NCBI GenBank assembly: GCA_002369235.1
Contig: DFFF01000013.1
Span: forward strand, 5,150-69,149
DNA length: 64,000 nt
Reading direction: 5' to 3'
Origin: Verrucomicrobia bacterium UBA3783
GTDB taxonomy: Bacteria > Verrucomicrobiota > Kiritimatiellia > RFP12 > UBA1067
The notes below the pieces were generated by a model that saw nothing but the letters and a program-made list of their open reading frames with translations, was not told the origin of the DNA and did no database searches. Positions 8,740-18,635 of the stretch are shown here, in pieces. A program made the position numbers and the translations under genes. Within the stretch, counting starts at the first letter, position 1, and each line of letters opens with the position of its first letter.

Positions 8740-9800
8740 TGACGTATTCATTCCCCGGTTTTATCGATGTCCATGTGCATTTCCGCGATCCCGGGATGAC
8801 GGATGCGGAAGACACTGCGTCCGGCGCGGCGGCGGCGGCGGCCGGCGGTTTTGCCGCCGTCGTCACCATGCCCAACACCAATCCCGCAGGCGACAGTGCC
8901 GACTGGATACGGCGTCAGCGCGACGGCGACTATCCCGTCGAAATCATCCCGTCCGCCTGCATCACGAAAGAGCGGCAGGGAAGGGAAGTGTCGGATATGC
9001 AAGCGCTCGCGGCGGCAGGCTGCGCGTTTTTCACCGACGACGGCTCGTTCGTCGCTGACGATAAAGTGATGCTGGAGGCAATGCGAACCGCCGCCAGACT
9101 CGGGATGTGCATTTGCGAACATGCGATGGATCCCAAAGTCCAGGCCGGCGGCGTCATTCGCGATTGCGACCTCGCGCGGCGGCTTGGTCTTCCCGTCATC
9201 AGACCGGAGACCGAGACCGTCGCCATCGAACGCGATTTGAGCCTCTGCCGCGATACCGGGTGCGCATTGCATATCCAGCATATCTCGACGGCGCGCGGCG
9301 TGGAGCTCGTTCGCAACGCCCGGCGCGAAGGGCTCCCGGTCACCGCCGAAGCCACGCCGCACCACCTCGCGTTCTCGTGCGAGGAGCTTGTCTTTGACGA
9401 CGCGAACTTCAAGATGGCGCCGCCGCTGGGCGACAACGACGACCGCGCCGAATTGCGCAAGGCCGTGAAAGACGGGGTATTGATGTTTGCGACCGACCAT
9501 GCGCCGCACCCCGCCGCGACCAAGGACAAGGGATTCCTGAAAAGCGCCAACGGAATAATCGGACTTGAAGCGGCCATTCCGATGACATGGAAAATCATGG
9601 TCGAAGAAGAAGGCATGGATGTGGAGGCTTGGGCGAAAGCGTGGTGGGAAATGCCGCGCCGCATCGTGCGCAATCTGCCGCCCGTCCTGGCGCCGACGGT
9701 TGTGAAAGTGGGCGAGCCATACAAGATGAATGTGGACAAATGGAAGTCGCGCTCCAGAAATTGTCCATATAACGGCTTGACTTTCACCGCCGCAATATGA
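8736..9800 (+). CDS. pyrC: dihydroorotase (class I amidohydrolase)
   Basis: 'FIDVHVHFRDPG' HxH motif and 'FATDHAPH'. ATGATGA overlap with the holA stop. Confidence 0.8.
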   Translation: MMTYSFPGFIDVHVHFRDPGMTDAEDTASGAAAAAAGGFAAVVTMPNTNPAGDSADWIRRQRDGDYPVEIIPSACITKERQGREVSDMQALAAAGCAFFTDDGSFVADDKVMLEAMRTAARLGMCICEHAMDPKVQAGGVIRDCDLARRLGLPVIRPETETVAIERDLSLCRDTGCALHIQHISTARGVELVRNARREGLPVTAEATPHHLAFSCEELVFDDANFKMAPPLGDNDDRAELRKAVKDGVLMFATDHAPHPAATKDKGFLKSANGIIGLEAAIPMTWKIMVEEEGMDVEAWAKAWWEMPRRIVRNLPPVLAPTVVKVGEPYKMNVDKWKSRSRNCPYNGLTFTAAI

Positions 9801-9806
9801 TATAAT
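9798..9806 (+). promoter_or_regulatory. extended -10 TGATATAAT driving tRNA-Pro
   Basis: 'aatATGATATAATAC' ends 19 nt upstream of the tRNA 5' end. Confidence 0.5.
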
Positions 9807-9824
9807 ACTTACACTTTATTCGTT

Positions 9825-9901
9825 CGGAGCGTAGCGCAGTCTGGTAGCGCGTTTGCTTCGGGAGCAAAAGGTCGAGGGTTCAAATCCCTCCGCTCCGACC
9901 A
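9825..9901 (+). tRNA. tRNA-Pro (anticodon CGG)
   Basis: Hand-folded cloverleaf: acceptor CGGAGCG/CGCTCCG, D-stem GCGC, anticodon stem TTTGC/GCAAA, loop TTCGGGA (CGG, G37), T-loop TTCAAAT, discriminator A, encoded CCA. Confidence 0.85.
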
Positions 9902-9967
9902 TTCCCGATTTAGAATATTCCCGACACATCCTAGTTTCTCGCTTTTCAAGTTCTCAAACTTCAATGT

Positions 9968-10079
9968 CAGCCTCCTTTGCCTTCGTAGTCTAGACTTCTC
10001 GACTTCGTAGTCCAGCCTCTTTGCCTTCGTAGTCTAGCCTTCTCGACTTAGAAGTCCAGCTCTCTAGACTTGGTAGGGC
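9968..10079. repeat. family-A intergenic repeat element (copy 1), internally duplicated ~45-bp units
   Basis: 'ccttcgtagtctagNcttctcgacttNgNagtccag' occurs twice in tandem. About 85% identical to a second copy at 39681..39832 in the same orientation. Confidence 0.6.
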
Positions 10080-10236
10080 TTATCGCCCCGCAACCGCCCT
10101 GCCTTCGCGAACGAAAGCGGACGAAAGCGTGAGATAAAACTCAACGGTCGCAGGACAATTGAAGAATCGAAAAATCTCCCCCGATGGGGACAAAAGCGTC
10201 CTGCCGACATTGCGGATTGCATTTTGGGCGGGAAAA

Positions 10237-10245
10237 TGGTATAAT
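10237..10245 (+). promoter_or_regulatory. extended -10 TGGTATAAT upstream of GH29 fucosidase
   Basis: 'aaaaTGGTATAATatatagtcaatATG'. No Shine-Dalgarno sequence between the -10 element and the ATG. Confidence 0.45.
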
Positions 10246-10256
10246 ATATAGTCAAT

Positions 10257-11528
10257 ATGAAGAATACCACGAGAAGGGTTTTGACGACGGTTGCCGCCAT
10301 TGTGTCGTGTGTGGCGGCGGCGGATGCGGCGGCGCCGAGTGCGGCGACACTGAATACGCTCGAAAAGGGCGTCGTCGCGATTGTCCATTTCGGGCCGAAC
10401 ACGTTCACCGGGCGGGAATGGGGATACGGGGATGCTCCGGCCGAGGTGTTTGCGCCGGAGAAATTCAATGCCGCGCAGTGGGCGGCCGTGGCGAAGGCGG
10501 GCGGAATCCGGCGCATCATCCTTGTCTGCAAGCATCATGACGGATTTTGTCTGTGGCCGAGCGCGTACAATGTCGACTACACGGTGGCGAACACGCCGTG
10601 GAGGGACGGGAAGGGCGATCTCGTGAAGGAAGTCCGCGACGCCACGATCGCCGCCGGGCTCGAATTCGGCGTATATCTGTCGCCATGGGACCGCCACCAT
10701 GCGGAATATGCGCGTCCGGCCTACACGGAGTATTTCCACAATCAATGGGCGGAGCTGATGGACAATTACGGGCCGATTTCCGAAGTCTGGCTCGATAGCG
10801 CCAACGGCGGCGACGGATGGTATGGCGGCGCCGGCGAAATGCGCAAGATTCCCGAGGCGTCGGTCTACTACGACCATCCGCGGCTCTTGAAGGCGATAAT
10901 CGAGAAATGTCCGCTCGCCGCGATATTCGGCATGGATACCGACCGCACGCTGCGCTGGCCGGGAAATGAACTCGGCATCGTGCCGGAAGCGGACGATCTC
11001 GTGCACAACGGGCTGTTCCAGCCGCCGGAAGCCGATACGCCGCTCAGGGGAAAATGGTTCTGGCATCCCGACGACCAGGCCAAGAGTCTGGAGGAATTGA
11101 TCGACTGCTACTTTGCAAGCGTTGGCCGCAGCGGAATCCTCGATCTTGGGCTTGCGCCCAACCGGGAAGGGCTTATCGACGATGGCGACGTGCAGCGCCT
11201 CAAGGAATTCGGCGACTGGCTGCGCCGGTTCAACCAGGTCGACTACGCGAAGGACGCCAGGTGCGAGCGTCTCATTACGGGCGAGTGGCGCTGGATTCTT
11301 CCGGAAGCGCGCACATTCGACGCCATCGATCTGGCCGAGGATGTTCGCGACGGGCTGCGGGTCGCCGCGTGGAAGGTCTTCGCCGACGGACGCGAAATCG
11401 CCGGCGGCGGGCAGATCGGCTACCGGCGCATGGTCCGGCTTGATGCGCCGGTGACGGCGAAAGAGATCCGCGTGGAGGTAGAGAGCGACGGCAAGGAGTC
11501 GCTCCGCCTTTCGCTGCGGGAAGTCTGA
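10257..11528 (+). CDS. alpha-L-fucosidase (GH29) with signal peptide
   Basis: Signal peptide 'VAAIVSCVAAADA'. GH29 hallmark 'KHHDGFCLWPS' and 'YLSPWDRHH'. Confidence 0.8.
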   Translation: MKNTTRRVLTTVAAIVSCVAAADAAAPSAATLNTLEKGVVAIVHFGPNTFTGREWGYGDAPAEVFAPEKFNAAQWAAVAKAGGIRRIILVCKHHDGFCLWPSAYNVDYTVANTPWRDGKGDLVKEVRDATIAAGLEFGVYLSPWDRHHAEYARPAYTEYFHNQWAELMDNYGPISEVWLDSANGGDGWYGGAGEMRKIPEASVYYDHPRLLKAIIEKCPLAAIFGMDTDRTLRWPGNELGIVPEADDLVHNGLFQPPEADTPLRGKWFWHPDDQAKSLEELIDCYFASVGRSGILDLGLAPNREGLIDDGDVQRLKEFGDWLRRFNQVDYAKDARCERLITGEWRWILPEARTFDAIDLAEDVRDGLRVAAWKVFADGREIAGGGQIGYRRMVRLDAPVTAKEIRVEVESDGKESLRLSLREV

Positions 11529-11593
11529 CCGTCCCGCTTTTCGCCGCCCCGGACCGATTGGCACCATGGACTATTGTGTTTTGCGCGGATTTT

Positions 11594-11602
11594 TGATATA
11601 AT
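11594..11602 (+). promoter_or_regulatory. extended -10 TGATATAAT upstream of aspS
   Basis: 'tttTTGATATAATACacaaaaatatctAGGAGacATG'. A Shine-Dalgarno sequence (AGGAG) is present here. Confidence 0.5.
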
Positions 11603-11623
11603 ACACAAAAATATCTAGGAGAC

Positions 11624-13438
11624 ATGAAAATGCATCCGTATCGTACCCACAATTGCAATGAACTTAGAGCTGCGGACGTTGGCAAGACGGTCCGTCTTTC
11701 CGGGTGGATGTTCCGTCTGCGCGACCATGGCGGCATTTTGTTTGTGGATCTGCGCGACCACTATGGCATCACGCAGATCGTGGTCCATCCCTCGCGCAGC
11801 TTTTTCGGCCAGGTGGAAAAGGCCCATCTGGAGAGCGTGTTCACGGTGACCGGCGAGGTGAAGCTCCGCACGCCGGACACGATCAACCCCAAGATGGCGA
11901 CCGGCGAGATCGAGGTCGAGGCCAACGAATTCGTGATGGAGAGCGCAAGCGCGGTCACGCCCATCTACATCCCGGATGAAAAGGCGGACGAGAGCGAGGA
12001 CGTGCGGCTCAAGCACCGTTATCTCGACCTGCGCCGCGAGAAGCTGCACAACAACATTATCCTCAGGTCGAACGTGATCAAGTTCCTGCGCGAGCAGATG
12101 TGGTCGAAGGGGTTCAACGAATTCCAGACGCCCATTCTCACTGCGTCGTCGCCGGAGGGTGCGCGCGACTATCTGGTGCCCAGCCGCATCCACCGCGGGC
12201 AGTTCTACGCCTTGCCGCAGGCGCCGCAGATGTTCAAGCAGCTCTTGATGGTCTCCGGCTTCGACAAGTACTTCCAGATTGCGCCGTGCTTCCGCGACGA
12301 GGCGGCGCGCGCCGACCGCAGCCCCGGCGAATTCTATCAGTTGGATATCGAGATGAGCTACGCGACGCAGGACGAGATTTTCGCGGTTGTGGAGGACGTG
12401 GTCGGCAAGACGTTCGCGAAGTTCTCGACGTGGCAGTGCAACGCGGCTCCGTGGCCGCGCATCAAGTACCGCGACGCGATGATGACGTACGGCAGCGACA
12501 AGCCCGACCTGCGCAACCCTCTGAAGTGGGTTGACATGAGCGACTTCTTCAGGCGCGCGTCGTTCAAGGCGTTCGCGAACACTGTTGAGCAGGGCGGGCT
12601 CGTCAAGGGGCTGCTCGTCAAGGGCATTGTCGGCGTCGAGACCAGGACGTGGTTCGACAAGCGCGAGCACAACGTGAAGGAGAACGGCGGCAAGGGCCTC
12701 GGCTACATCTCGTGGACGAAGGAGGGCGAGCTTAAGGGCCCGATCGCCAAGTTCCTTACGCCTGAGCAGCTCGAGGAGATGAAGGGGATTGTTAAGATGG
12801 AGCCTGGCGACGCGCTCTTCTTCATGGCGGCTCCGGTTGACGAGTGCCACCGCCTCTCGGGGCTCGTGCGCACCGACATCGCCAACCACATGACGAACAA
12901 TATCTGCGAGAAGAACTGCTACCGGTTCTGCTGGATTGTGGACTTCCCGTTCTTCGAGAAGGATCCGGAGACGGGCAAGATCATCTTCTCGCACAATCCG
13001 TTCTCGATGCCGCAGGGCGGTCTGGAGGCGCTCGAGACGAAGGCGCCGCTGGAGATCGAGGCGTATCAGTACGATGTGGTGTGCAACGGCATCGAACTTT
13101 CTTCGGGCGCGATCCGCAACCATCGCATCGACATCATGGAGAAGGCGTTCGAGATCGCCGGCTATTCCAAGGAAGTCGTGCAGCAGAAGTTCGGGTGCCT
13201 CTACAACGCATTCCAGTTTGGCGCGCCGCCACACGGCGGCATTGCGCCCGGAGTGGACCGCATGGTGATGCTGCTTACCGACACTCCGAACATCCGCGAG
13301 GTCATCGCGTTTCCGATGAACCAGAAGGCGCAGGATCTCATGATGAACGCGCCGAACTTCGTGACGGAGCAGCAGCTCAGGGAGCTGCACATCAAGATCC
13401 GCGGCACTGAAGGCCAGAGCGCCGCGCCTGCCGTCTGA
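11624..13438 (+). CDS. aspS: aspartate--tRNA ligase
   Basis: 604 aa. OB anticodon-binding N-terminus and class II motifs ('FRDE', 'GGIAPGVDR'). Confidence 0.9.
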   Translation: MKMHPYRTHNCNELRAADVGKTVRLSGWMFRLRDHGGILFVDLRDHYGITQIVVHPSRSFFGQVEKAHLESVFTVTGEVKLRTPDTINPKMATGEIEVEANEFVMESASAVTPIYIPDEKADESEDVRLKHRYLDLRREKLHNNIILRSNVIKFLREQMWSKGFNEFQTPILTASSPEGARDYLVPSRIHRGQFYALPQAPQMFKQLLMVSGFDKYFQIAPCFRDEAARADRSPGEFYQLDIEMSYATQDEIFAVVEDVVGKTFAKFSTWQCNAAPWPRIKYRDAMMTYGSDKPDLRNPLKWVDMSDFFRRASFKAFANTVEQGGLVKGLLVKGIVGVETRTWFDKREHNVKENGGKGLGYISWTKEGELKGPIAKFLTPEQLEEMKGIVKMEPGDALFFMAAPVDECHRLSGLVRTDIANHMTNNICEKNCYRFCWIVDFPFFEKDPETGKIIFSHNPFSMPQGGLEALETKAPLEIEAYQYDVVCNGIELSSGAIRNHRIDIMEKAFEIAGYSKEVVQQKFGCLYNAFQFGAPPHGGIAPGVDRMVMLLTDTPNIREVIAFPMNQKAQDLMMNAPNFVTEQQLRELHIKIRGTEGQSAAPAV

Positions 13439-13938
13439 TGGGGAAAAAGCGTCTTGTATTCACGCTGAAGGCGTGGCCGGCGGTGTTTGGCATCACGGTC
13501 GCGCTTTCCTATCTTACGGAGCTCTTCGCCAAGCATGCCTTCGGCGTGGAGTTTCCCGAACAGGCGCAAGTGCAGGTGATGCGCGACTTGTTCAAGAGCG
13601 GCAATGTCGCGCTTATCGCCGTGAATCTGGTGCTGGTGCTTCTGGCGATGCCGGCGATCGAAGAGGTGCTTTTCCGATGGATTACGCGCTTTGGGATGTG
13701 GCTTTGGGCGCCGATGGCGGCGGCATTCAGTTTAGCGCACTATATCGACTACGGAAGGCTCGCCGCCAATGGCGAATTCGCATTCACCGGCTGGAACGGC
13801 GCTTTCCTCGCGCTGTTTCTTTTCGGCCTTTGCCAGTCGTGGATATACCGCAAGACCGGTCGGCTGTGGTGCGCAATGCTGAACCACGCGCTGTTCAATA
13901 CGACCAACCTCGTCTTGCTTTTCATCATTCCGGCCTGA
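13438..13938 (+). CDS. CPBP-family (CAAX-protease-like) intramembrane metalloprotease
   Basis: 'EEVLFR' (motif 1), 'FSLAH' (motif 2), 'NHALFN' (motif 3), with multiple TM helices. TGATG overlap with aspS. Confidence 0.6.
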   Translation: MGKKRLVFTLKAWPAVFGITVALSYLTELFAKHAFGVEFPEQAQVQVMRDLFKSGNVALIAVNLVLVLLAMPAIEEVLFRWITRFGMWLWAPMAAAFSLAHYIDYGRLAANGEFAFTGWNGAFLALFLFGLCQSWIYRKTGRLWCAMLNHALFNTTNLVLLFIIPA

Positions 13939-13963
13939 AGTCGCAGGCAGAAAGGAATAGGAT

Positions 13964-14698
13964 ATGAACATGATCATGCTTGCGGTGTCGTTTTTCGCCG
14001 CCGTCGCCGCGCAGGAGATTGCGCCGCTAAATGGCGTAAGCAGGGAGAAAGAAACGCTTCCGCGCTGGTCTTGGGAAGGTCGGCACGGCAAATTCATGGA
14101 GCAGATAGCCAACGGCGAAAAGGAGTATGACATCGTATTCGTGGGCGACTCCATAACCGAACTCATGCTCGATGGAAACCGCGGCGGCCGCGAACCGTTC
14201 GACGAGGCGTACGGCGAGTTGAAGACGTTGAATCTCGGAATAATCGGCGACAGGATCGAAAACGTGCTGTGGCGTCTGGAGCACGGCGAGCTCGACGGCT
14301 ACAAGGCCAAGGTCTTCCGCGTGCTGCTGGGGACGAACAACATCCCGAAACGCTGGACGCCGGAGCGGCTCGCCGCGGGCGTCGGACAGATTGTCGCGAC
14401 GATCAGGGAAAAGCACCCTGAGAGCAAGATCGAGATACTTTCGATTCTGCCGCGCAACGACCGCAAAAGTCCAAAAGACGCCATGCAGCGGATTAAGGCG
14501 GCAAACGCGCTCTATGCGCAGCTCTCCGACGGCGAAAGCGTTTTCTTCGTGGATGCGACCGGGCTTTTCCTGAACGAAGACGGATCGGTCAAGAGCGAAC
14601 TGTTCAAGGATGGGCTGCATCCCAATCCCGAGGGCTACCGGGTGTTGTTCGGCAAAGAGAAGCCTGTGCAAATAAGGTTGATGGGGAAACACGGTTGA
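13964..14698 (+). CDS. secreted SGNH/GDSL-family hydrolase
   Basis: Signal peptide. 'VFVGDSIT' (Ser block), 'GTNN', 'DGLHPN' (Asp-His block). Confidence 0.7.
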   Translation: MNMIMLAVSFFAAVAAQEIAPLNGVSREKETLPRWSWEGRHGKFMEQIANGEKEYDIVFVGDSITELMLDGNRGGREPFDEAYGELKTLNLGIIGDRIENVLWRLEHGELDGYKAKVFRVLLGTNNIPKRWTPERLAAGVGQIVATIREKHPESKIEILSILPRNDRKSPKDAMQRIKAANALYAQLSDGESVFFVDATGLFLNEDGSVKSELFKDGLHPNPEGYRVLFGKEKPVQIRLMGKHG

Positions 14699-15480
14699 AG
14701 ATCGTCAAAATATCGCCGCACGGATTTTGCGCCGGAGTGACCGGAGCACTTAAAAAGGCGCTCTCGCTCCAGGGTGAAGTCTATTGTCTTCATGAGCTTG
14801 TGCACAACGAGATCGTAGTCGGCGATTTGCGCAAGCGCGGTTTCAGGTTCGTGGAGGACATCGAGGACGTTCCGGAGGGCGCGACCGTGCTTTTTTCTGC
14901 GCACGGCGTCTCCCCGCAAGTCCGCCGCCGCGCCATGGAACGCAAGCTCAAAGTGGTCGATGCCACCTGCCCGTTCGTCCAGCGCGTGCATGATGCGGCG
15001 AGGAAATACGCCGAGGAAGGCAAGTTCGTGTATGTGATCGGCAAACGCGACCATGCGGAAGTCAAAGGGATACTGGGGGAAATCAAGAATCCGCAATCGC
15101 CTTTGCCGCACAAAATCGCCGTAGTGTCCCAGACTACGATGAATTCAGATCTTGTGGAGAAGACGATTGCGGAACTCAAGAAGACCCACGAAGTGGAGAC
15201 GATGGCACAGGTGTGCCACGCGACGAAACTCCGTCAGGATGCGGTGCGCAATTTCACCGGCGATGCTTTGCTCGTGCTGGGATCGGCGAACAGCTCCAAT
15301 ACGCGCGAGTTGGGCGAAGTTGCGAGGTGCGGAAAGGTCTTTCGCGCCGGAACGCTCGAAGAAGTGAAGGCGATTGATTTTTCCGGCGTGGAGGTTCTCG
15401 GCGTCACATCCGGGGCGTCGACGCCGGAGAGTTTCTACGAGGAGGCGACACGCTGGCTCCATGAGCGGTTTTCCGGTTGA
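14695..15480 (+). CDS. ispH: 4-hydroxy-3-methylbut-2-enyl diphosphate reductase IspH
   Basis: 'GFCAGV', 'TCPFV', 'VCHAT' Cys ligands. TTG start overlapping the upstream stop. Confidence 0.85.
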   Translation: MKIVKISPHGFCAGVTGALKKALSLQGEVYCLHELVHNEIVVGDLRKRGFRFVEDIEDVPEGATVLFSAHGVSPQVRRRAMERKLKVVDATCPFVQRVHDAARKYAEEGKFVYVIGKRDHAEVKGILGEIKNPQSPLPHKIAVVSQTTMNSDLVEKTIAELKKTHEVETMAQVCHATKLRQDAVRNFTGDALLVLGSANSSNTRELGEVARCGKVFRAGTLEEVKAIDFSGVEVLGVTSGASTPESFYEEATRWLHERFSG

Positions 15481-17776
15481 AAGCGCGATCGGGCGCGTAC
15501 GCGAGGCGTTGGGCGCGAACCATCCGGTCGTATTGCAAGCGCCGCCGGGCAGCGGCAAGACCACGGTGGTGCCGCCTGCGCTCATAGATGAAGCGTGGCT
15601 TGACGGCAAGAAAATCGTGATGCTCGAGCCGCGCCGTCTCGCGGCCGTGCGCAGTGCATCGTTCATCGCCGCGCAACTTGGCGAAACTCCCGGCGGCAGG
15701 GTCGGCTATTCGATCCGGCTGGAGCGCAAGGTCTCGCGGGCTACGAGACTTGAAATCGTCACCGAAGGCATGCTCGCGCAGCGCATCCTCGCCGACCCCG
15801 AACTCTCCGATACCGGGCTTGTCATCTTCGACGAGTTCCACGAACGCTCGTTGCAGTGCGACTTGGGGCTTGCGCTTGCGCTGGATGTGAAGCGCGCGCT
15901 GCGTCCGGATTTGCGCATCATGGTGATGTCGGCGACGCTGGATACCGAAAGCATCGCCAGACACCTTGGCGCCGATACCATAACCGCCGAAGGGCGGATG
16001 TATCCGGTCGAGACCAGGTATCTTGGGGATGTGTCCATGACGGCGGCAATCAACATCGCGCTAAAGGAAACGGATGGCGACATCTTGTGCTTTCTGCCGG
16101 GTGCGGGCGAAATCAAGCGCGTGGCCGAGCAGGCGGCGGGCGTCGCCGCCGGATCCGGGAGCATTGCTCCGCTGATCGTTCCGCTATACGGTTCGCTTTC
16201 CAAGGAGGAGCAGGACAAGGCGTTTTGCAGGAGTTCGAGGCGCAAGGTTGTTTTGGCTACATCGATCGCTGAAACAAGTTTGACATTGCCGGGGATTACG
16301 TGTGTAATCGATTCCGGGCTGATGCGCGTGCCGAGATTCAGGCCGGGCACGGGAATGAGCGGACTGGTGACGCTGCCGCTTACGCTTGACCGTGCGGAGC
16401 AGCGGCGCGGGCGCGCCGGACGCGTACGGCCGGGAGTATGCTACAGGCTTTGGAGCGAGAGCGAAAACGCCGTCCGCGGCAAGGCGATGACGCCGGAGAT
16501 TTTCAATGCGGACCTGGCGCCGCTGGTGGCGACGGTCCGTGCCTGGGGAGCGCGGCGGCGAGAAGACCTGCCGTGGCTCGATCCGCCGCCCGAGGCGGCA
16601 TGGAACCAGGCGCTCGCGGTAATCGAGTCGCTGGGCATTCCGGCGGCGGAGTTGGGCGAATATCCGATGCATCCCCGCCTCGCGGCGATGATGATAAAGT
16701 GCGGTCGTCCGGCCGCAAGGCTGGCCGCGATTCTGGAAGAAGGAGGGGCTTCGCACGAGACGGAAATCGGCAAAGTGCGTCTCGGCGAGCGCCAGAAACT
16801 TTTGATGCGTCGCTTTGAGCGTCTGGCGAATGACGCAGACGGTGCGTTTTCGGACGGCTACATGCTGTCCTTCGCCTACCCGGAGCGCGTCGCGAAAAAC
16901 CGCGGCAACGGAACATTCAAAATGGCATCGGGGAAGGGATGCCACTTCGAGCCCGGCGATGCAATGGGCGGCTGCGAATTTGTGGTCGCCGCCGAACTTG
17001 ACGACCGCGAAGGCGACGCCAGGATTTTTCTCGCTGCGGAAATAACGAAGAGCGAAGTTGAAGCGCGGTTCGCCGGTGCGATAAAAAGCGAACCGTTTTG
17101 CGAATGGGATCGGAGGACCGAAAGCGTCCGCTTTGGCGTGCGCCGGAAGCTTGGAAATCTAACGCTCGATGAAAAACCAGCGTCAACAGCCGATGGCGTT
17201 GAAGATGCGCTATTGGAGGGAATACGACAAAAGGGCGTGGACAACCTGCCCTGTTGGACGAAGTCTGCAATCGCGCTGAAGGAGCGAATCGCCTTTGCAT
17301 GGGGTTGGGACGAAGAAAAATTCCTCGAAGCGTTAAAGGGTTTCGTGGGCGGCATTGTCAGATACCGGGATTTGGAGAGTGTGGATTTGTGCGCGGTGAT
17401 GGAGTTCATGCTGACCGATGCCGGGCATTCCCGCGTTGAGCTCGATCGTCTTGCGCCGGCGCGGATTGAAGTGCCGTCCGGCAGCCTGATTCAAGTGCGC
17501 TACGGCGGCGACGAACCGCGAATGGAAGTGCGGCTGCAGGAGTGCTTCGGGATGATGGATTCGCCAAAAGTCCTTGGCGGCAGGATGCCGGTCGTGATGG
17601 TGCTGCTTTCGCCGGCGCAGCGTCCGGTGCAGATAACGAAGGATTTGCGCGGATTCTGGAAAGAAGGGTATGCGCTTGTGCGCAAGGATATGCGTGGACG
17701 GTATCCAAAACACTATTGGCCGGAAGATCCGTTTTCGGCGGTGCCCACGAGGAAAACGAGGCCGAAGAATGTTTGA
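15461..17776 (+). CDS. hrpB: ATP-dependent DEAH-box helicase HrpB
   Basis: 'APPGSGKTT', 'DEFHER', 'SAT', plus HA2 and HrpB C-terminal region. ATG 15461 chosen (N-terminus 'MSGFPVESAIGRVREAL'). Confidence 0.8.
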   Translation: MSGFPVESAIGRVREALGANHPVVLQAPPGSGKTTVVPPALIDEAWLDGKKIVMLEPRRLAAVRSASFIAAQLGETPGGRVGYSIRLERKVSRATRLEIVTEGMLAQRILADPELSDTGLVIFDEFHERSLQCDLGLALALDVKRALRPDLRIMVMSATLDTESIARHLGADTITAEGRMYPVETRYLGDVSMTAAINIALKETDGDILCFLPGAGEIKRVAEQAAGVAAGSGSIAPLIVPLYGSLSKEEQDKAFCRSSRRKVVLATSIAETSLTLPGITCVIDSGLMRVPRFRPGTGMSGLVTLPLTLDRAEQRRGRAGRVRPGVCYRLWSESENAVRGKAMTPEIFNADLAPLVATVRAWGARRREDLPWLDPPPEAAWNQALAVIESLGIPAAELGEYPMHPRLAAMMIKCGRPAARLAAILEEGGASHETEIGKVRLGERQKLLMRRFERLANDADGAFSDGYMLSFAYPERVAKNRGNGTFKMASGKGCHFEPGDAMGGCEFVVAAELDDREGDARIFLAAEITKSEVEARFAGAIKSEPFCEWDRRTESVRFGVRRKLGNLTLDEKPASTADGVEDALLEGIRQKGVDNLPCWTKSAIALKERIAFAWGWDEEKFLEALKGFVGGIVRYRDLESVDLCAVMEFMLTDAGHSRVELDRLAPARIEVPSGSLIQVRYGGDEPRMEVRLQECFGMMDSPKVLGGRMPVVMVLLSPAQRPVQITKDLRGFWKEGYALVRKDMRGRYPKHYWPEDPFSAVPTRKTRPKNV

Positions 17777-18635
17777 GTGCGAGCTGTGTCCGCGAAGATG
17801 CGGCAGGAGACCGGGATTCTGCGGCGCAGGGGAGATGCCGCGCGTCTTCCGGTGGGGGCCGCACTTCGGGGAAGAGCCGCCATTGGTCGGCAAGGGCGGC
17901 TCCGGGTGCGTGTTCTTCTCGCGCTGCACGCTCAAATGCCTTTATTGCCAGAATTCTCCGTGGAGCTGGAAGGGAGAAGGACAAGACAAAACAATCGGAG
18001 AGCTTACGGCCATATTCCGGGAGCTTGCGGTGAATGACGGGTGCTCCAATTGGAATCTCGTCTCGCCCACTCCATATCTGCCGTTCATCCGCGAGGCGAT
18101 AGCGCCGCTGAAAAAGGAAGGGATAGCATTGCCTGTCGTCTGGAATTCGTCGGGATACGAGCGCGTGGAGACGATAGGGGAGTATCGCGACCTTTGCGAT
18201 TGGGCGCTTTTCGACTTGCGATATTCGCGCGAGGAGACGGCGCGCAAAGCGAGTGCCGCCGTCGATTATGTCGCGCACGCCAGAGCGGCGCTTAAATTCG
18301 CCGTGGATGAGGTTTGCGGACCGGAGCGGACGATATGTCGCATTCTCGTTTTGCCGGGGCATCATGAAGAGGCGATCGAGAATCTCGCGTGGATTGCTGC
18401 GAATCTGGGCACGGAGATCATGGTGTCGGTCATGGCGCAATATACGCCCGCCTACAAGGCGCTTGAAACGCCGCCGTTCGACCGCAAGCTTACCGAATAC
18501 GAATACGCCGAGGTGGCCGAGGCCGCGGCGGATTTCGGGTTCGAGAACGGTTGGACGCAAGCGCTGGAGTCCTCAGACCCGGCATTGGCGCTTCTGGGCG
18601 AGAATATGACTAAAGGTCATGGCGCCGTGCGCTGA
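17769..18635 (+). CDS. PflA-like radical SAM activase family protein (AmmeMemoRadiSam-type N-terminus)
   Basis: N-terminal 'CELCPRRCGRRPGFCG' Cys motif followed by 'CTLKCLYCQN' CxxxCxxC. Confidence 0.5.
   Translation: MFECELCPRRCGRRPGFCGAGEMPRVFRWGPHFGEEPPLVGKGGSGCVFFSRCTLKCLYCQNSPWSWKGEGQDKTIGELTAIFRELAVNDGCSNWNLVSPTPYLPFIREAIAPLKKEGIALPVVWNSSGYERVETIGEYRDLCDWALFDLRYSREETARKASAAVDYVAHARAALKFAVDEVCGPERTICRILVLPGHHEEAIENLAWIAANLGTEIMVSVMAQYTPAYKALETPPFDRKLTEYEYAEVAEAAADFGFENGWTQALESSDPALALLGENMTKGHGAVR

Noticed and set aside
11615-13390. 591-aa antisense ORF opposite aspS (similar cases: 47775..51197 opposite carB, 864..2216 opposite the esterase, 10080..11567 opposite the fucosidase)
   Set aside because: These are typical high-GC antisense open frames: Arg/His/Leu-rich with no recognisable motifs. 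The sense strand carries unambiguous conserved genes.
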